Origin: Thiobacillaceae bacterium
GTDB lineage: Bacteria > Pseudomonadota > Gammaproteobacteria > Burkholderiales > Thiobacillaceae
Assembly: GCA_049578545.1 (NCBI GenBank)
Contig: JBAUMF010000093.1
Location: 31,117 to 95,116, forward strand
Direction: 5' to 3'
Length of the DNA: 64,000 nucleotides
Made by a program: the position numbers and the translations under genes
Shown here: positions 30,371-37,958 of the stretch, in pieces
Position numbering within the stretch: position 1 is the first letter of the stretch
How the letters are laid out: each line of letters begins with the position of its first letter
Notes under the pieces: generated by a model
Databases searched by the model: none
What the model saw: the letters and a program-made list of their open reading frames with translations, nothing else
Told to the model about the DNA's origin: nothing

Positions 30371-30411
30371 CTTGGGCTGCGAATGGAGACAGAGAAGTTA
30401 AGCAGCCCAAG
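30371..30411 (+). promoter_or_regulatory. Leader-region hairpin (10-bp perfect stem)
   Basis: CTTGGGCTGC (30371-30380) pairs with GCAGCCCAAG (30402-30411) around a 21-nt loop. It lies between the sigma-54 promoter and the GAGGAG RBS. Confidence 0.4.
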
Positions 30412-30449
30412 GGATTCTAATTTTGTAGCCTATTAACGAGGAGATCAAA

Positions 30450-31103
30450 ATGACCACTCTCAAAGAGCAATTGAGCACACACGTCGCGGCGTACGATCAC
30501 TGGGCAACCCGCCGTCGCTATGGGCCGGATGGGCATAACAACCGTAGTCTGTGGGTTCTTGCGTGCATGGACGAGCGGCTACCAGTGGACGAAGCGCTTG
30601 GCATACACGTCGACACTCCGGCTGGAGGGGGCGATGCGCATTGCTTCCGAAACGCCGGTGGAATCGTCACCGACGACGCAGTTCGCTCGGCGATGCTTAC
30701 ATGCAATTTCTTTGGCACCAAGGAAATTGTCATCGTGCAACATACGCAATGTGGCATGTTATCAGCGAACGCAGCCGATCTCGAAAAACATTTCCGCGAC
30801 AAGGGGATCGATACGGACAACATCGCATTGGACCCGACGCTGCCTGAAATGAAGCTAGGGAGCGGCGCCTTCGCCAAGTGGATCGGAATGATGGACGACG
30901 TGGACGAAACCTGCATGAAGACAATTGAGGCATTCAAGAACCATCCCCTCATTCCCAAGGATGTGGTCATCAGCGGTTGGGTCTGGGAAGTCGAAACACG
31001 CCGTCTGCGGGCGCCGACCCGCGATCCAGAGAAACGGGCAAGAACTGATGTCACGTCTGGCCAATTCGGTGTCAAAGGGAAGCAGCCACCGCGCTGGAGC
31101 TAA
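30450..31103 (+). CDS. Beta-carbonic-anhydrase-family enzyme (clade D-like; size of COS/CS2 hydrolases)
   Basis: Zinc and catalytic residues C39-x-D41-x-R43 (ACMDERL) and H98-x-x-C101 (HTQCG), plus FRNAGGIVTDDAVRS. 217 aa with a 38-aa N-terminal arm and a long C-terminal extension. Confidence 0.85.
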   Translation: MTTLKEQLSTHVAAYDHWATRRRYGPDGHNNRSLWVLACMDERLPVDEALGIHVDTPAGGGDAHCFRNAGGIVTDDAVRSAMLTCNFFGTKEIVIVQHTQCGMLSANAADLEKHFRDKGIDTDNIALDPTLPEMKLGSGAFAKWIGMMDDVDETCMKTIEAFKNHPLIPKDVVISGWVWEVETRRLRAPTRDPEKRARTDVTSGQFGVKGKQPPRWS

Positions 31104-31205
31104 CCACCCCTTAAGGAAAACCCAGAAACGTGGGCGCCTCATACGACGGCGTCCGCGTCTCTGCGTTTCTGAGGAATGCAGCATCCAAGGATTAGGGAGT
31201 TCAAT

Positions 31206-31457
31206 ATGCCTACTTATGATTATCAATGCACACACTGCAAGCTTCAGTTTGAAGCACATCATGCGATCAACGCATTCAGCCCGGTTTGCCCGGCGTGTGG
31301 GGGCGTGACCGAAAAAGTGATCCTCTCGGCTCCTGCGACGCATGGCAGCATGGCGCGAGGTCGTGATCTCGCAATGCGCTCACTTCAGCCGAAACTGGGC
31401 CAGGAACAACACGTACACGGACCTGGGTGCGGATGCGGGCGTCACCACCATTCCTAA
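31206..31457 (+). CDS. FmdB-family zinc-ribbon protein
   Basis: MPTYDYQCTHCKLQFE...SPVCPACGG (CxxC...CxxC) with a C-terminal GCGCGRHHH. GGGAG RBS before the ATG at 31206. Confidence 0.8.
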   Translation: MPTYDYQCTHCKLQFEAHHAINAFSPVCPACGGVTEKVILSAPATHGSMARGRDLAMRSLQPKLGQEQHVHGPGCGCGRHHHS

Positions 31458-31579
31458 ACGCAACCAGTTTTTTTGGCGTAGCCTTGCATGATAGTCACCG
31501 CGGAGCGCTGGATTGACTATGCCCAGCGCGCAACAGCGCCCGACTTGCGATAGCGGTGTCAGACTTGAGGAGAACAAAT

Positions 31580-33202
31580 ATGCCCGATAAGTTTTTTTCC
31601 CATCTTAATCCCATCCTGTTCTTGCAAACCTTTGTTGCCCAGAGCGTTGAGGTTGGCGCCAAGATAGGGGGTGGCAAGGGGGATGATCGCCTAAATTACA
31701 TCGAGCAGCTCGGTCTCACTGCGAGCAGTTGCTTCGAGACCGCATATCGCCAAGAGTTGGCGCAAGACGGACCCTTGGATCATAACAAGTACGCGGAAAT
31801 GATTGTCGGGATCAAGAATAAGATTGGCGGAAATTTTTCGCGTGAATCAAGCGAACCGGACATGGTGCGAGTGGTCAACACGCGCTGCCCTTTCGGGGAA
31901 GCTGTCATGCAGGCCCCGGGGCTCTGCAAAATGACCTCCAGTGTCTTCGGCGGGATTGCGGCACGCAACTTCGGCTATGCGAAGGTTATCCTGGACAAAC
32001 GCATTGCGACGGGAGACGGGATGTGCGAGGTACGCATTTATACCGATCCCAAGAAAGCAGCAGCCCTTGAGGGGGACGAATATCACCGGGAAGAGGGAAC
32101 CATCCGCGGTCGGGCGACTACAGTCAAAGCGCACCTTGCTAGGGAGCTGCGCCACGGGAAAGCATGGTGCGGTATCAGCGCGACCGAGGATGGCGACAGC
32201 CCTCCCATCGTGGCGAAGTCTCCGCCCATGCTCAACGCCCTGAAGATAGTAAAGGTAGTAGCACCGACCACAGCGACCGTGCTGATCACCGGTGAGACCG
32301 GGGTTGGCAAAGAGGTCATTGCCCGTCGCATCCACGCGATGAGTGAACGTTGGAACAGGAATTTCGTTGCCGTGAACTGCGGCGCAATACCAGAAAATCT
32401 AGTCGAGACGACACTATTCGGACATGAGCGCGGCGCATTTACCGGCGCCTACGAAGTCCATCACGGACTGTTTGAGCAGGCAGAGGGCGGAAGTCTGTTT
32501 CTTGACGAGATCGATTCGTTGCCTCTCGCCGCGCAAGCGCGTCTGTTACGGGTGCTCCAGGGAGGTGAGTTCGAGCGGGTCGGGGGGAAACAGCGCCTAT
32601 CGACGAATGTACGCGTGATCGCCGCGGCCAGTATGCGGTTGGACAAGTTCATAGCGGACGGTACGTTCCGGATGGATCTCTACTATCGGCTAAACGTGGT
32701 ACCCATCCATCTCCCTCCGCTGCGCGAACGACGCGACGATCTCTTGCCCCTGGTGAACCACATCCTTGCGCACCTCTCCGTGAGGTACAACAAAGTCATC
32801 AAAGAATTGAGCGAGAACGCGATGGCGTGGGTGATGCAGTATGATTGGCCCGGAAATGTGCGTGAACTAGAAAACATACTGGAGCGCTCGTTCCTGTTCT
32901 CAGCCGGCCCAATCATGTCCGAACTACTGCTTCCCCAAATCAGCGGCGGCGCGCCAGTAAGTGTCGGACAACCCCTTGATTTGTCGCTCAAGGTCGCGAA
33001 ACAGCAGGCGGCTGAACAGGTGGAAGCTCTAATCATCAAGGAAGCGCTTACGCGTTTCCACGGCAATGTCAGCGAGGTCGCGAAATCTTTGGGACTTACG
33101 CCGAGGGCTATCCATCAGAAGATCAATTCGCACAGCATAGATCCGAACAATTATCGCTCCCGGGCAAGACTCAAGGTCGTGCATCTGGGTAAGGGGAAGT
33201 AG
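31580..33202 (+). CDS. Sigma-54-dependent transcriptional activator with V4R-like sensory N-domain
   Basis: N-domain CPFGEAVMQAPGLCKMTSSVFGGIA...ATGDGMCEVRIY. AAA+ core with GETGVGKE, GAFTGA and LFLDEID. C-terminal Fis-type HTH NVSEVAKSLGLTPRAIHQKI. GAGGAG RBS before the ATG at 31580. Confidence 0.9.
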   Translation: MPDKFFSHLNPILFLQTFVAQSVEVGAKIGGGKGDDRLNYIEQLGLTASSCFETAYRQELAQDGPLDHNKYAEMIVGIKNKIGGNFSRESSEPDMVRVVNTRCPFGEAVMQAPGLCKMTSSVFGGIAARNFGYAKVILDKRIATGDGMCEVRIYTDPKKAAALEGDEYHREEGTIRGRATTVKAHLARELRHGKAWCGISATEDGDSPPIVAKSPPMLNALKIVKVVAPTTATVLITGETGVGKEVIARRIHAMSERWNRNFVAVNCGAIPENLVETTLFGHERGAFTGAYEVHHGLFEQAEGGSLFLDEIDSLPLAAQARLLRVLQGGEFERVGGKQRLSTNVRVIAAASMRLDKFIADGTFRMDLYYRLNVVPIHLPPLRERRDDLLPLVNHILAHLSVRYNKVIKELSENAMAWVMQYDWPGNVRELENILERSFLFSAGPIMSELLLPQISGGAPVSVGQPLDLSLKVAKQQAAEQVEALIIKEALTRFHGNVSEVAKSLGLTPRAIHQKINSHSIDPNNYRSRARLKVVHLGKGK

Positions 33203-33343
33203 CGAGTGCCAGGGTCTGCTGCAAGCTTTGAAGCGCTTGTGTGGCAGGCTACGGTAGTGGGGGTCATACATTTATTCCAGTGCTAATGATGGCGTGATAT
33301 CCACATGGCAGTGCGGGTCTGCTGGAAGCTCGGGTTAACTTTG

Positions 33344-33360
33344 CAACACGATAACTTAAC
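33344..33360. repeat. Right copy of the 17-bp perfect inverted repeat (CAACACGATAACTTAAC)
   Basis: Exact reverse complement of 27386-27402. Confidence 0.6.
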
Positions 33361-33364
33361 CCCT

Positions 33365-33385
33365 AGCGGCAGGCGCCGCTTTTTC
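33365..33385 (+). terminator. Rho-independent terminator
   Basis: AGCGGC-aggc-GCCGCT followed by TTTTT, downstream of the activator gene. Confidence 0.6.
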
Positions 33386-33388
33386 TTG

Positions 33389-34786
33389 TTACAAATTGGT
33401 GTCTCGCCAGTTACCGCCTAGCGCCTTGAGCAGGGCGACGCTGGCGAGCAGTCTGCGCCCAGCGATGTTAAGCCTGCTGCTGTCGGCAGCAAGGAAGCTT
33501 GCCTCGGCCGTGACGACGTTCAGGTAGCTGACGGTGCCGGCTTTGTACTGGTTGTTGGCCTGCTCCAGCGAATCTGCGGCCGCTTTTGTTGCCTGTTCCT
33601 GGACTTCAGCTTCCTCGGCCAGCACCCGCAGGGCCGCCAGATTGTCCTCGACATCCTGAAAGGCACCGAGAACGGTCTGCCGATACGTGGCGACGCTCTG
33701 GTCGTATGCAGCGACCGCCTGTTCCTTCTGGGCTGTGCGGGCACCCGCATCGAACAGGGTCAGAGCCAGGGCCGGGCCAAGGGACCAGAAGCGATTGGGC
33801 AGGGTCAGCAGATTGTCAAAGCTGGAATTCTGGAAGCCGCCCGTGCCGGAAAGAGTCAGGGTCGGGTAGAAGGCCGCCTGCGCAACGCCGATTCCGGCGT
33901 TGGCTGCCGCAACGCGGCGTTCTGCGCCGGCGATGTCAGGGCGCCGCTCCAGCAGCGTCGACGGAACCGTGGCCGGAATGTCGGGCAGTGCCGGCAAGCC
34001 GCTAACGATCCCGATATTCAGCTGGCTGGGAGGCTTGCCGATCAGGATCGCAATGGCGTGTTCGAGCTGGGCTCGCGCGACCTCGAGGTCTATGGCCTGG
34101 GCCTGCGTCGACTTCAGCTGCGTTTCAGCCTGGGTCACGTCGAGACGCGCAGCAACGCCAGCCTGATAGCGATTGCGGGTGATTTCAAGCGAGCGTTGGT
34201 AGACTTCAACATTGCGCTCAAGCAGCTGCTTCTGGGCGTCAGTGACGCGAAGTTGCAGGTAGGACTGGACCAGGGTTGCCTGGGCGCTGAGCAGCGCTGC
34301 CCCAAGGTCGGCGGCACTGGCTTCGGCCGTCGCCTGGCCCGACTCGACCTTGCGCCGGATGCCGCCCCAGACGTCGGCTTCCCAGCTTGCACTGAGCGAC
34401 AGGCGGTCAATGGTGGCACTTCCCGTTGTTCCTGCGGCCCCATTCCCCCGGGTCGCCGACAGCGCCGTGCCGAGCGTTGGATAGTAGGCGGCCCGCGCTG
34501 TACCAAGCAAGGCCAACGCCTGGCGGTACTGCGCCTCGGCAGCCCTTACATTCTGGTTTGAAACTTCCACCTGGCTGACCAGGGCGTTGAGCTCGGGATC
34601 GCGATAGATTTCCCACCAGTGGCCCCTGTTGGTCAATTCCTTCGGCTCGGCCGGTTTCCAGTTGCCAGCTTCCTTGAAGGCTGCTGGCACCTCAACGGCA
34701 GGTTTGTGGTAGTCGGGCCCCACGGCACATCCACCGAGGATGGCCGTCGTCAGGGCAAAGGCCAGCAGGCCCGGTTTGTTGCTCAT
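33389..34786 (-). CDS. RND efflux outer-membrane factor lipoprotein (NodT family)
   Basis: Lipobox in MSNKPGLLAFALTTAILGGC, and two OEP repeats. Trimmed from 34864 to the ATG at 34786. Confidence 0.9.
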   Translation of the reverse strand: MSNKPGLLAFALTTAILGGCAVGPDYHKPAVEVPAAFKEAGNWKPAEPKELTNRGHWWEIYRDPELNALVSQVEVSNQNVRAAEAQYRQALALLGTARAAYYPTLGTALSATRGNGAAGTTGSATIDRLSLSASWEADVWGGIRRKVESGQATAEASAADLGAALLSAQATLVQSYLQLRVTDAQKQLLERNVEVYQRSLEITRNRYQAGVAARLDVTQAETQLKSTQAQAIDLEVARAQLEHAIAILIGKPPSQLNIGIVSGLPALPDIPATVPSTLLERRPDIAGAERRVAAANAGIGVAQAAFYPTLTLSGTGGFQNSSFDNLLTLPNRFWSLGPALALTLFDAGARTAQKEQAVAAYDQSVATYRQTVLGAFQDVEDNLAALRVLAEEAEVQEQATKAAADSLEQANNQYKAGTVSYLNVVTAEASFLAADSSRLNIAGRRLLASVALLKALGGNWRDTNL

Positions 34787-34832
34787 TGCTTTGCTCCCGG
34801 AGTCCTGCGGACCCCTATCTGGATAATTGAAA

Positions 34833-37800
34833 TCATGGCCGGGCCGGATCGGTGGCGACGTCACCTGTTGTTGAGTAGTGACGCTTGCCCAATGCCCAGA
34901 GTCGCATGCGATCGAGGTAAAGATATACCACCGGTGTTGTATACAGCGTCAGCATCTGGCTCAGGATCAGGCCACCGACGATGGAAATGCCCAGTGGCCG
35001 CCGCAGTTCCGAGCCGTCGGAAAAGCCGATGGCCAGGGGCAAGGCTCCGAACAGCGCAGCCATGGTTGTCATCATGATCGGGCGGAAGCGTATAAGGCAG
35101 GCTTGAAAGATGGCGTCGCGCGGACTGAGGTCGTGCTGACGCTCGGCGTCCAGCGCGAAATCCACCATCATGATGGCGTTCTTCTTGACGATGCCGATCA
35201 GCAGGATGATCCCGATCAGGGCCATGATGGAAAATTCGCTGCCGACTGCGAGCAGGGCCAGCAGAGCGCCAACCCCGGCAGAGGGCAGGGTCGACAGAAT
35301 GGTGATGGGATGCACCAGACTCTCGTACAGTATGCCCAGAACCAGATACACCGCGAGCAGAGCGGTAAGGATCAGCAGCGGCATGCTCTGCAGGGAGGCC
35401 TGGAACGCCTTGGCCGTGCCCTGAAAGCTGCCATGCACCGAGGTTGGCACCCCGATCCGTGCCATGGCGCCTTCGATCGCCTTGGTGGCGGCAGACAATG
35501 AAACACGGACCGGGAGGTTGAACGAAATGGTCGAGGCGACGAACTGGCTCTGGTGATTGACCGCTAGGGGTGTGCGGGTCGGCTCGATGTGGGCGATGGA
35601 AGCGAGGGGCACCTGCTGGCCGGTCGCCGTGATGAGGTAAACGTCCTTGAGCGTTTCCGGACTTTGCAAGTAAGGCGGCGCGGCTTCCATGATGACGTGA
35701 TACTGGTTCAGGGGGTTGTAGATGGTTGACACCTGGCGCTGGCCGAACAGGTCGTTCAATGTGGCATCGATGGTGAGCTGATTGATGCCCAGGCGCGCAG
35801 CGGCATCGTGGTCCACCACGATGGTTGTCTGCTGGCCTTTGTCCTGCTCATCGGTGTTCACGTCGGTAAGTTCCGGGAGGGCGGCAAGAGCGCGGCGGAT
35901 GCGCGGTTCCCACGCGCGCAGCTCGTCAATGCGGTCAGCCTGCAATGTGTACTGGTACAGGGCACCGCTTGAGCGGCCGCCGACCCGGATGTCCTGAACC
36001 GGTTGCAGAAACAGGCTGGCACCGGGTTCGCGGGCGAGTTGGCGGCGCAGGCGGGCCATGACCTGGTCCACCGAAACCTTCCGCTCGGCAATGGGTTTCA
36101 GGGCGACGAACATGAAGCCGGAATTGAGCTGGCCGCCGCCGGTGAAGCCGACGACATTGTTGACGGCTGGATCGCTGCCGACGGTCTTGACGAATTGGCT
36201 CAGTTTGGTTCGCATGGCCTGGAAGGAAATGCTCTGGTCCGCCTGAATGCTGCCGATCATGAGACCGGTGTCCTGCTGCGGGAAAAATCCCTTGGGCACA
36301 ATAACGAAGAGATAAATATTGAGACCTACGGTGGCGAGCAGCAGCAGCAGCATCAAGCGGCTATGCGCGAGAGCCCAGTCGAGGCTGGTTTGGTAACCCC
36401 GCAACATGGCATTAAAGATCCACTCGCTGGCGTGAAAAAAGCGGCCATGGGACGCCTCTGATTCCGGGAGCAACAGGCGGGCGCACATCATTGGCGTCGT
36501 CGTCAGCGAGATCAGCAACGAAATGAGAATGGCGGAGGAAAGGGTGACGGCGAATTCACGAAAGAGGCGGCCGATGATGCCACCCATCAGCAGGATTGGC
36601 ACAAACACGGCGATCAGCGAAAGGCTCATGGAAAGCACTGTGAAGCCGACTTCCCTGGCCCCTTTCAGCGCAGCCTGGAAAGGCGCCATGCCGTTCTCGA
36701 TATGGCGCGAGACGTTCTCCAGCACCACGACCGCATCATCCACGACGAAGCCGGTGGCGACGATAAGGGCAATAAGCGAGATGTTGTTGAGGCTGAAGCC
36801 GGCCAGGTACATAACCCCGAAGGTCCCGACCAGCGATACCGGAACGGCGACGCTGGGAATCAGTGCGGCTCGCCCATGGCGCAGAAAGAGGAAGACCACG
36901 AGGATGACCAGGCTAACGGAGATGCCCAGAGTGCGTTCAACCTCGTGGAGGGAAGCGCGAATGGTGGTGGTGCGATCCATAACGACCTGCAGATCGATGG
37001 CCGCCGGGATCGAGGCACGCAATTGCGGCAACAGGGCCCTGACGCGGTCCACGGTATCGATAATGTTGGCGCCCGGCTGGCGGTTAAGGATCAGCATGAC
37101 AGCCGGTCTGCCGTTGGCCAGGCCCGCATTGCGGATGTCCTGCTCGCCGTCCACAACGCTGGCGACATCGCCGAGACGAATGGCCGAGCCATTGCGATAG
37201 GCGACGACGATGGGGATATAGTCAGCTGCTTTCTTGGCCTGATCGTTGGCCAGGATCTGCCAGTGGCGAGTGTCGTCCTCGATGGCGCCCTTGGGACGGT
37301 TGACGTTGGTGGTGGCAATGGCTGAACGTATGGTCTCGGGCGCGATCGCGAGCTTGCTCAGCGCCGTCGGATTGAGTTCGACCCGCACCGCCGGCAGCGA
37401 GCTGCCGCCCACGGTCACCTGGCCGATTCCGTCAACCTGGGCGATCTTCTGCGCCAGGATAGTCGAGCCGGCATCGTACATCTGGCCCCGGCTCATCGTG
37501 TCCGAAGTCATCGACAGGATCATGATGGGTGCATCGGCCGGATTGACCTTGCGATAGATCGGATTGCTAGGCATCCCGGTTGGCAGCAGCGAGCGCGCGG
37601 CGTTCAACGCCGCCTGCACGTCGCGGGCGGCACCATCGATGTTGCGATTAAGATCAAACTGCAAGGTGATCCGCGTGCTGCCCAGGGAACTGCTGGAGGT
37701 GATTTCAGTGACGCCGGCGATCAGGCCCAGGGAGCGCTCCAGGGGTGTCGCCACCGTTGTCGCCATGGTGTCCGGGCTCGCGCCTGGCAGCGAGGCCTGC

Positions 37801-37940
37801 ACCGAGATGGTCGGAAAATCCACCTGTGGCAACGGCGCCACGGGCAACTGGGTAAACGCCATGATACCGGCCAGGGCAATCCCCAGGGTCAATAGCGTGG
37901 TCGCCACGGGCCGGTTGATGAAGGTGGCAGAAATGTTCAT
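34833..37940 (-). CDS. mdtC: RND multidrug efflux permease, MdtC-like
   Basis: 1035 aa, 12-TM RND architecture, N-terminus [11 protein letters not shown]. It is the second of two tandem RND permeases, as in mdtABC. Confidence 0.85.
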   Translation of the reverse strand: MNISATFINRPVATTLLTLGIALAGIMAFTQLPVAPLPQVDFPTISVQASLPGASPDTMATTVATPLERSLGLIAGVTEITSSSSLGSTRITLQFDLNRNIDGAARDVQAALNAARSLLPTGMPSNPIYRKVNPADAPIMILSMTSDTMSRGQMYDAGSTILAQKIAQVDGIGQVTVGGSSLPAVRVELNPTALSKLAIAPETIRSAIATTNVNRPKGAIEDDTRHWQILANDQAKKAADYIPIVVAYRNGSAIRLGDVASVVDGEQDIRNAGLANGRPAVMLILNRQPGANIIDTVDRVRALLPQLRASIPAAIDLQVVMDRTTTIRASLHEVERTLGISVSLVILVVFLFLRHGRAALIPSVAVPVSLVGTFGVMYLAGFSLNNISLIALIVATGFVVDDAVVVLENVSRHIENGMAPFQAALKGAREVGFTVLSMSLSLIAVFVPILLMGGIIGRLFREFAVTLSSAILISLLISLTTTPMMCARLLLPESEASHGRFFHASEWIFNAMLRGYQTSLDWALAHSRLMLLLLLATVGLNIYLFVIVPKGFFPQQDTGLMIGSIQADQSISFQAMRTKLSQFVKTVGSDPAVNNVVGFTGGGQLNSGFMFVALKPIAERKVSVDQVMARLRRQLAREPGASLFLQPVQDIRVGGRSSGALYQYTLQADRIDELRAWEPRIRRALAALPELTDVNTDEQDKGQQTTIVVDHDAAARLGINQLTIDATLNDLFGQRQVSTIYNPLNQYHVIMEAAPPYLQSPETLKDVYLITATGQQVPLASIAHIEPTRTPLAVNHQSQFVASTISFNLPVRVSLSAATKAIEGAMARIGVPTSVHGSFQGTAKAFQASLQSMPLLILTALLAVYLVLGILYESLVHPITILSTLPSAGVGALLALLAVGSEFSIMALIGIILLIGIVKKNAIMMVDFALDAERQHDLSPRDAIFQACLIRFRPIMMTTMAALFGALPLAIGFSDGSELRRPLGISIVGGLILSQMLTLYTTPVVYLYLDRMRLWALGKRHYSTTGDVATDPARP

Positions 37941-37958
37941 CGCGCGGCGATAACGTTG

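Noticed and set aside
31474-31488. Second sigma-54-like element, TGGCGTagccTTGCA, upstream of the activator gene.
   Set aside because: The GG-to-GC spacing is one nucleotide shorter than the consensus (N4 instead of N5 between the TGGCAC-like and TTGC blocks). Sigma-54 is known to be intolerant of spacing changes, so I do not call it a promoter.
27365-33385. Target-site duplication or Tn3-like termini flanking the 17-bp inverted repeats.
   Set aside because: The flanks share only a GC-rich 8-mer (GCAGGCGC) at unequal distances from the repeats (5 versus 8 bp). There is no GGGG...TAAG 38-bp Tn3-type terminus. No intact transposase or resolvase lies inside. A classical transposon structure therefore cannot be claimed.
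33389-34864. ORF-track N-terminal extensions of several genes. The anchor example is the OMF ORF start at 34864. Other cases are the OMF at 55626, dapE at 9979, the ArsC-family gene at 10441, HU at 21132, DUF1614 at 62225, pncA at 62812 and cpxA at 43536.
   Set aside because: In each case an internal ATG gives the canonical family N-terminus (a lipobox signal peptide or a conserved first helix). It also removes overlap with the neighbouring gene. The extensions have atypical composition.
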